From: Ginkgo biloba
Lineage: Eukaryota; Plantae; Ginkgophyta
Reading direction: 5' to 3'
DNA: 27,202 nucleotides
Assembly: GCA_024626585.2 (NCBI GenBank)
Contig: JANKJI020000002.1
Span: forward strand, 116,370,317-116,397,518
Below are positions 24,528 through 27,202 of the stretch, piece by piece; the stretch's first letter is position 1; each line of letters begins with the position of its first letter. The notes beneath the pieces were generated by a model. It searched no databases. It saw nothing but the letters and a program-made list of their open reading frames with translations, and was not told the origin of the DNA. The position numbers and the translations under genes were made by a program.

Positions 24528-25634
24528 AGATGTTATTTAATTATCAAATCATGAAATAATTAGATTTCATGAGGTGTCACACATGTGCCATATCCTCCTC
24601 TATTTATCTATTTGAAGAAAAATAGAAAGAACCATCTTTCAAAGTTTATCAACTACTAATTAATTTTATAGTATAAATTGAACCATAATTCCTAATTTGG
24701 CTTTCTAGATGCAAGCTTGTTTGGATGCCCATACATGAGAATTTGATTGTCTCAATGTTATACTGACTAGAATTTTATCGCTTCATAGGGGTGACGACTC
24801 AGATTGAATGATTAACAGGTAGAATTTCCAACCAAAGAGGGTTGTATAATACATTGTGAGCATTTTTCATCTGCATGGCTTTGTCAATAAGAGTTGCTTT
24901 ACATGCAAATTCTTTGCTCCTCCATGCCCGATGAAGAAGCCACATCTAGAAGACACGTTAGAGTTGTTGCCCCATTGGTTTGATCTTAATCGCATGTTGA
25001 ATGATGTTTAATGTGTAGTCTATGTATAATTTTTTGTATGTGTTCAGTAATAGTAACATCATTTTTGGGGTTATAGGAAAAACTTATAGTGCAAGAGAAA
25101 CCCATTGTGCCTAGTTCAAAAAAACCCATAGTGCTAAGAAAGAAAGTTGTCATGCAACATGAATATACCATGGATTTTTCTCTCATATACAAAACTAAGT
25201 TTTTAATTATAGATTTAGAGTAGACAAAGATGACTAGGGTTATCATAGATGAGAATTTTAAATAGTGATATCTTGGTTTCTTAAGTCACTTTTGGATCGT
25301 TAAGGATTTCACCTTCAAAAATATTTTTTCAAGATAGCATCAATTATGTTGTTAATACCTTTATTATACCTAATTATATTTTTTAAGTAGTGCAAATAAT
25401 TAACCCATTTGATATGCCTCTCATTTTAAATCTTATCTTCAACTTGTAAATATTGAACTAACTTCCAATCAAAGTATATAAGTGTATCCTTTCTAATAAA
25501 TCAGTGCCTCTAATAATTCACTAATTGTTCCAGTGAATATATTTCTTAATCATAGGTAGAGTACTCTTACACTCCTTATAAAAAAAAATTTGAATGGTGG
25601 GAAACGGGTNNNNNNNNNNNNNNNNNNNNNNNNT

Positions 25635-26520
25635 TAGATCAAGATTATTCCTACACATTATCCTAATGTATCAATTTCTATCTTAAATAATAATTTGATA
25701 TGTGGAAATCCTAAGGTAAGGGAATTATTATCTTATATTCTACCCATATGAATATCCCATTCCCATTTGTAAGAACATTTAAGGATAAAGTTATCTCTAA
25801 CTAGCTTATAATAAACTTCCTTAAGTGATTGTCTAACCCTATGAAGTTTCTAATCTCATGAAATTTTCATAATGTAAGTCAATTTAGGATGACTTCTATA
25901 TTGATAGNNNNNNNNNNNNNNNNNNNNNNNNNNNNNNNNNNNNNNNNNNNNNNNNNNNNNNNNNNNNNNNNNNNNNNNNNNNNNNNNNNNNNNNNNNNNN
26001 NNNNNNNATCTTTAGCTTAGTAAAATATATAAGTAAGTATCTATATGTTTGATATATTCATCAATCCTTTTATGACTATTTTTCCATCATATGTCAATAT
26101 TTCCACCTTTGTTTCAACCTTAAAAGTGATGTTTAGTGTTTAAACTAGAAGTTGAGTTCTAAGAGGAGTTATAGTAATGTTAGTATTAGAATTTTTACTA
26201 CCTACAACACTATTNNNNNNNNNNNNNNNNNNNNNNNNNNNNNNNNNNNNNNNNNNNNNNNNNNNNNNNNNNNNNNNNNNNNNNNNNNNNNNNNACATCC
26301 TCTCATTAATTATATCTTGAGTTGGTCTATAAATTTTCTCTAGATGATCAACCCTCTCACTTCCATCTTCCTCTACAAGTCCTTTGGTTCATTCTCTTCA
26401 ATCTCCTATGGACATTGTGATTGATTTAATTTCTTCTTAAGATGAATAAGATTGTATAATTACTTTGTAACCTAGAAACATTTAATTTTTTAACTTCTCT
26501 CCTTTTTAGTATTTAGAATG
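25635..26520 (-). mobile_element. Possible decayed LINE ORF2/RT fragment
   Basis: FIGLDNHLRKFII..SLNVLTNG (~GF...WI...S+L+NG) followed by GR..SLT..IDTLG (~RG+RQG.PLS...LG); weak and interrupted by gaps. Confidence 0.4.
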
Positions 26521-26799
26521 ATCCCAANNNNNNNNNNNNNNNNNNNNNNTTCTTACTTGGGTATTGTTAAACTTAAGCATGTGTTATTAAAATATGATTA
26601 ATATATTGATATAGTTATTCCCAATGTTATAAAATCATGCTCTAATACTAATATATGATCCCAAACCCATAATGTATAGAGCCAAAATAAGTTAGAAATT
26701 ATAAATCACATTCATAAGTTACAACCATATAAGATTGATTTTATTAAATAAAATAAAATGGCATGCTCTATATATCTTTATCGTAATTTTGATATGATT

Positions 26800-27060
26800 T
26801 TATCGAAGTCCAAAATTTATAGAGATTTAAATCTCTCAAAATGGAATTAATTAACAAAGTGAATAGAACCATTACCTCACATGAGGCTCAAGTTATAAAT
26901 TTGCAAACTAAAATCCTAATGTTAAGGCTTGAGGAAGAAGGAAGAATTGGAGAATTTTCTTCAACCTTTACTAACACTCAATATTCTCTTGATGTCTTTC
27001 CCTTTCTACTATTAACTAAAAAAAAAACTCTTCTAAGATCTTATGAGATTTTATAGTATT
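26800..27060 (+). mobile_element. Decayed copia gag (UBN2-like) fragment
   Basis: QVINLQTKILMLRLEEEGRIGEF...SL...LLRSYE resembles the L..L.+.E.E.+.+F ... LP.SY pattern. Confidence 0.5.
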
Positions 27061-27202
27061 TCTAGATATAATTTTCAAGGAAATTATAAAATTGTTTATT
27101 TCAACTTCTTATATGAATTTCAATGATGTGGATGCTTTCCATATTGCATAAGAGTTGATGTAGTGTTCGGGTTGGATTGATGGTGACTCTAAGGCATCCC
27201 AT

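Noticed and set aside
24660-25250. Moderately GC-rich stretch that might be a host exon
   Set aside because: The frames I translated contain stops and no family motif; left unassigned.
1-27202. CRISPR array, rRNA/tRNA genes, prokaryotic operon or defence system
   Set aside because: No regularly spaced repeats, no RNA-gene signatures and no intact multi-ORF cluster; the sequence is eukaryotic intron-containing and TE-derived DNA.

Overview
Eukaryotic, very AT-rich plant nuclear DNA from a fragmented scaffold. It has many N runs, at least seven of exactly 100 N. The repeat landscape resembles a large-genome land plant such as a gymnosperm (inference). The only host gene visible is the first coding exon of a chloroplast phosphoribulokinase (PRK)-family gene (minus strand, 1982-1369, ending at a GTAAGT donor). 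It is noticeably divergent from canonical plant PRK: the loop between the two regulatory cysteines is 3 aa shorter, several normally conserved residues differ, and the transit peptide is long. Its intron 1 runs off the left edge. The remaining ~25 kb is mostly a nested graveyard of decayed retroelements: CRM-like and Tat/Athila-like Ty3/gypsy, Ty1/copia and probable L1 LINE remnants. Three related segments suggest a non-autonomous gag-protease-decayed RT-PPT lineage. A ~120 bp hairpin and a compound microsatellite lie at 5.6-5.9 kb. I found no prokaryotic-type system (CRISPR, operon) and no clear new multi-gene system. All domain calls come from motifs translated by eye, not from database searches.
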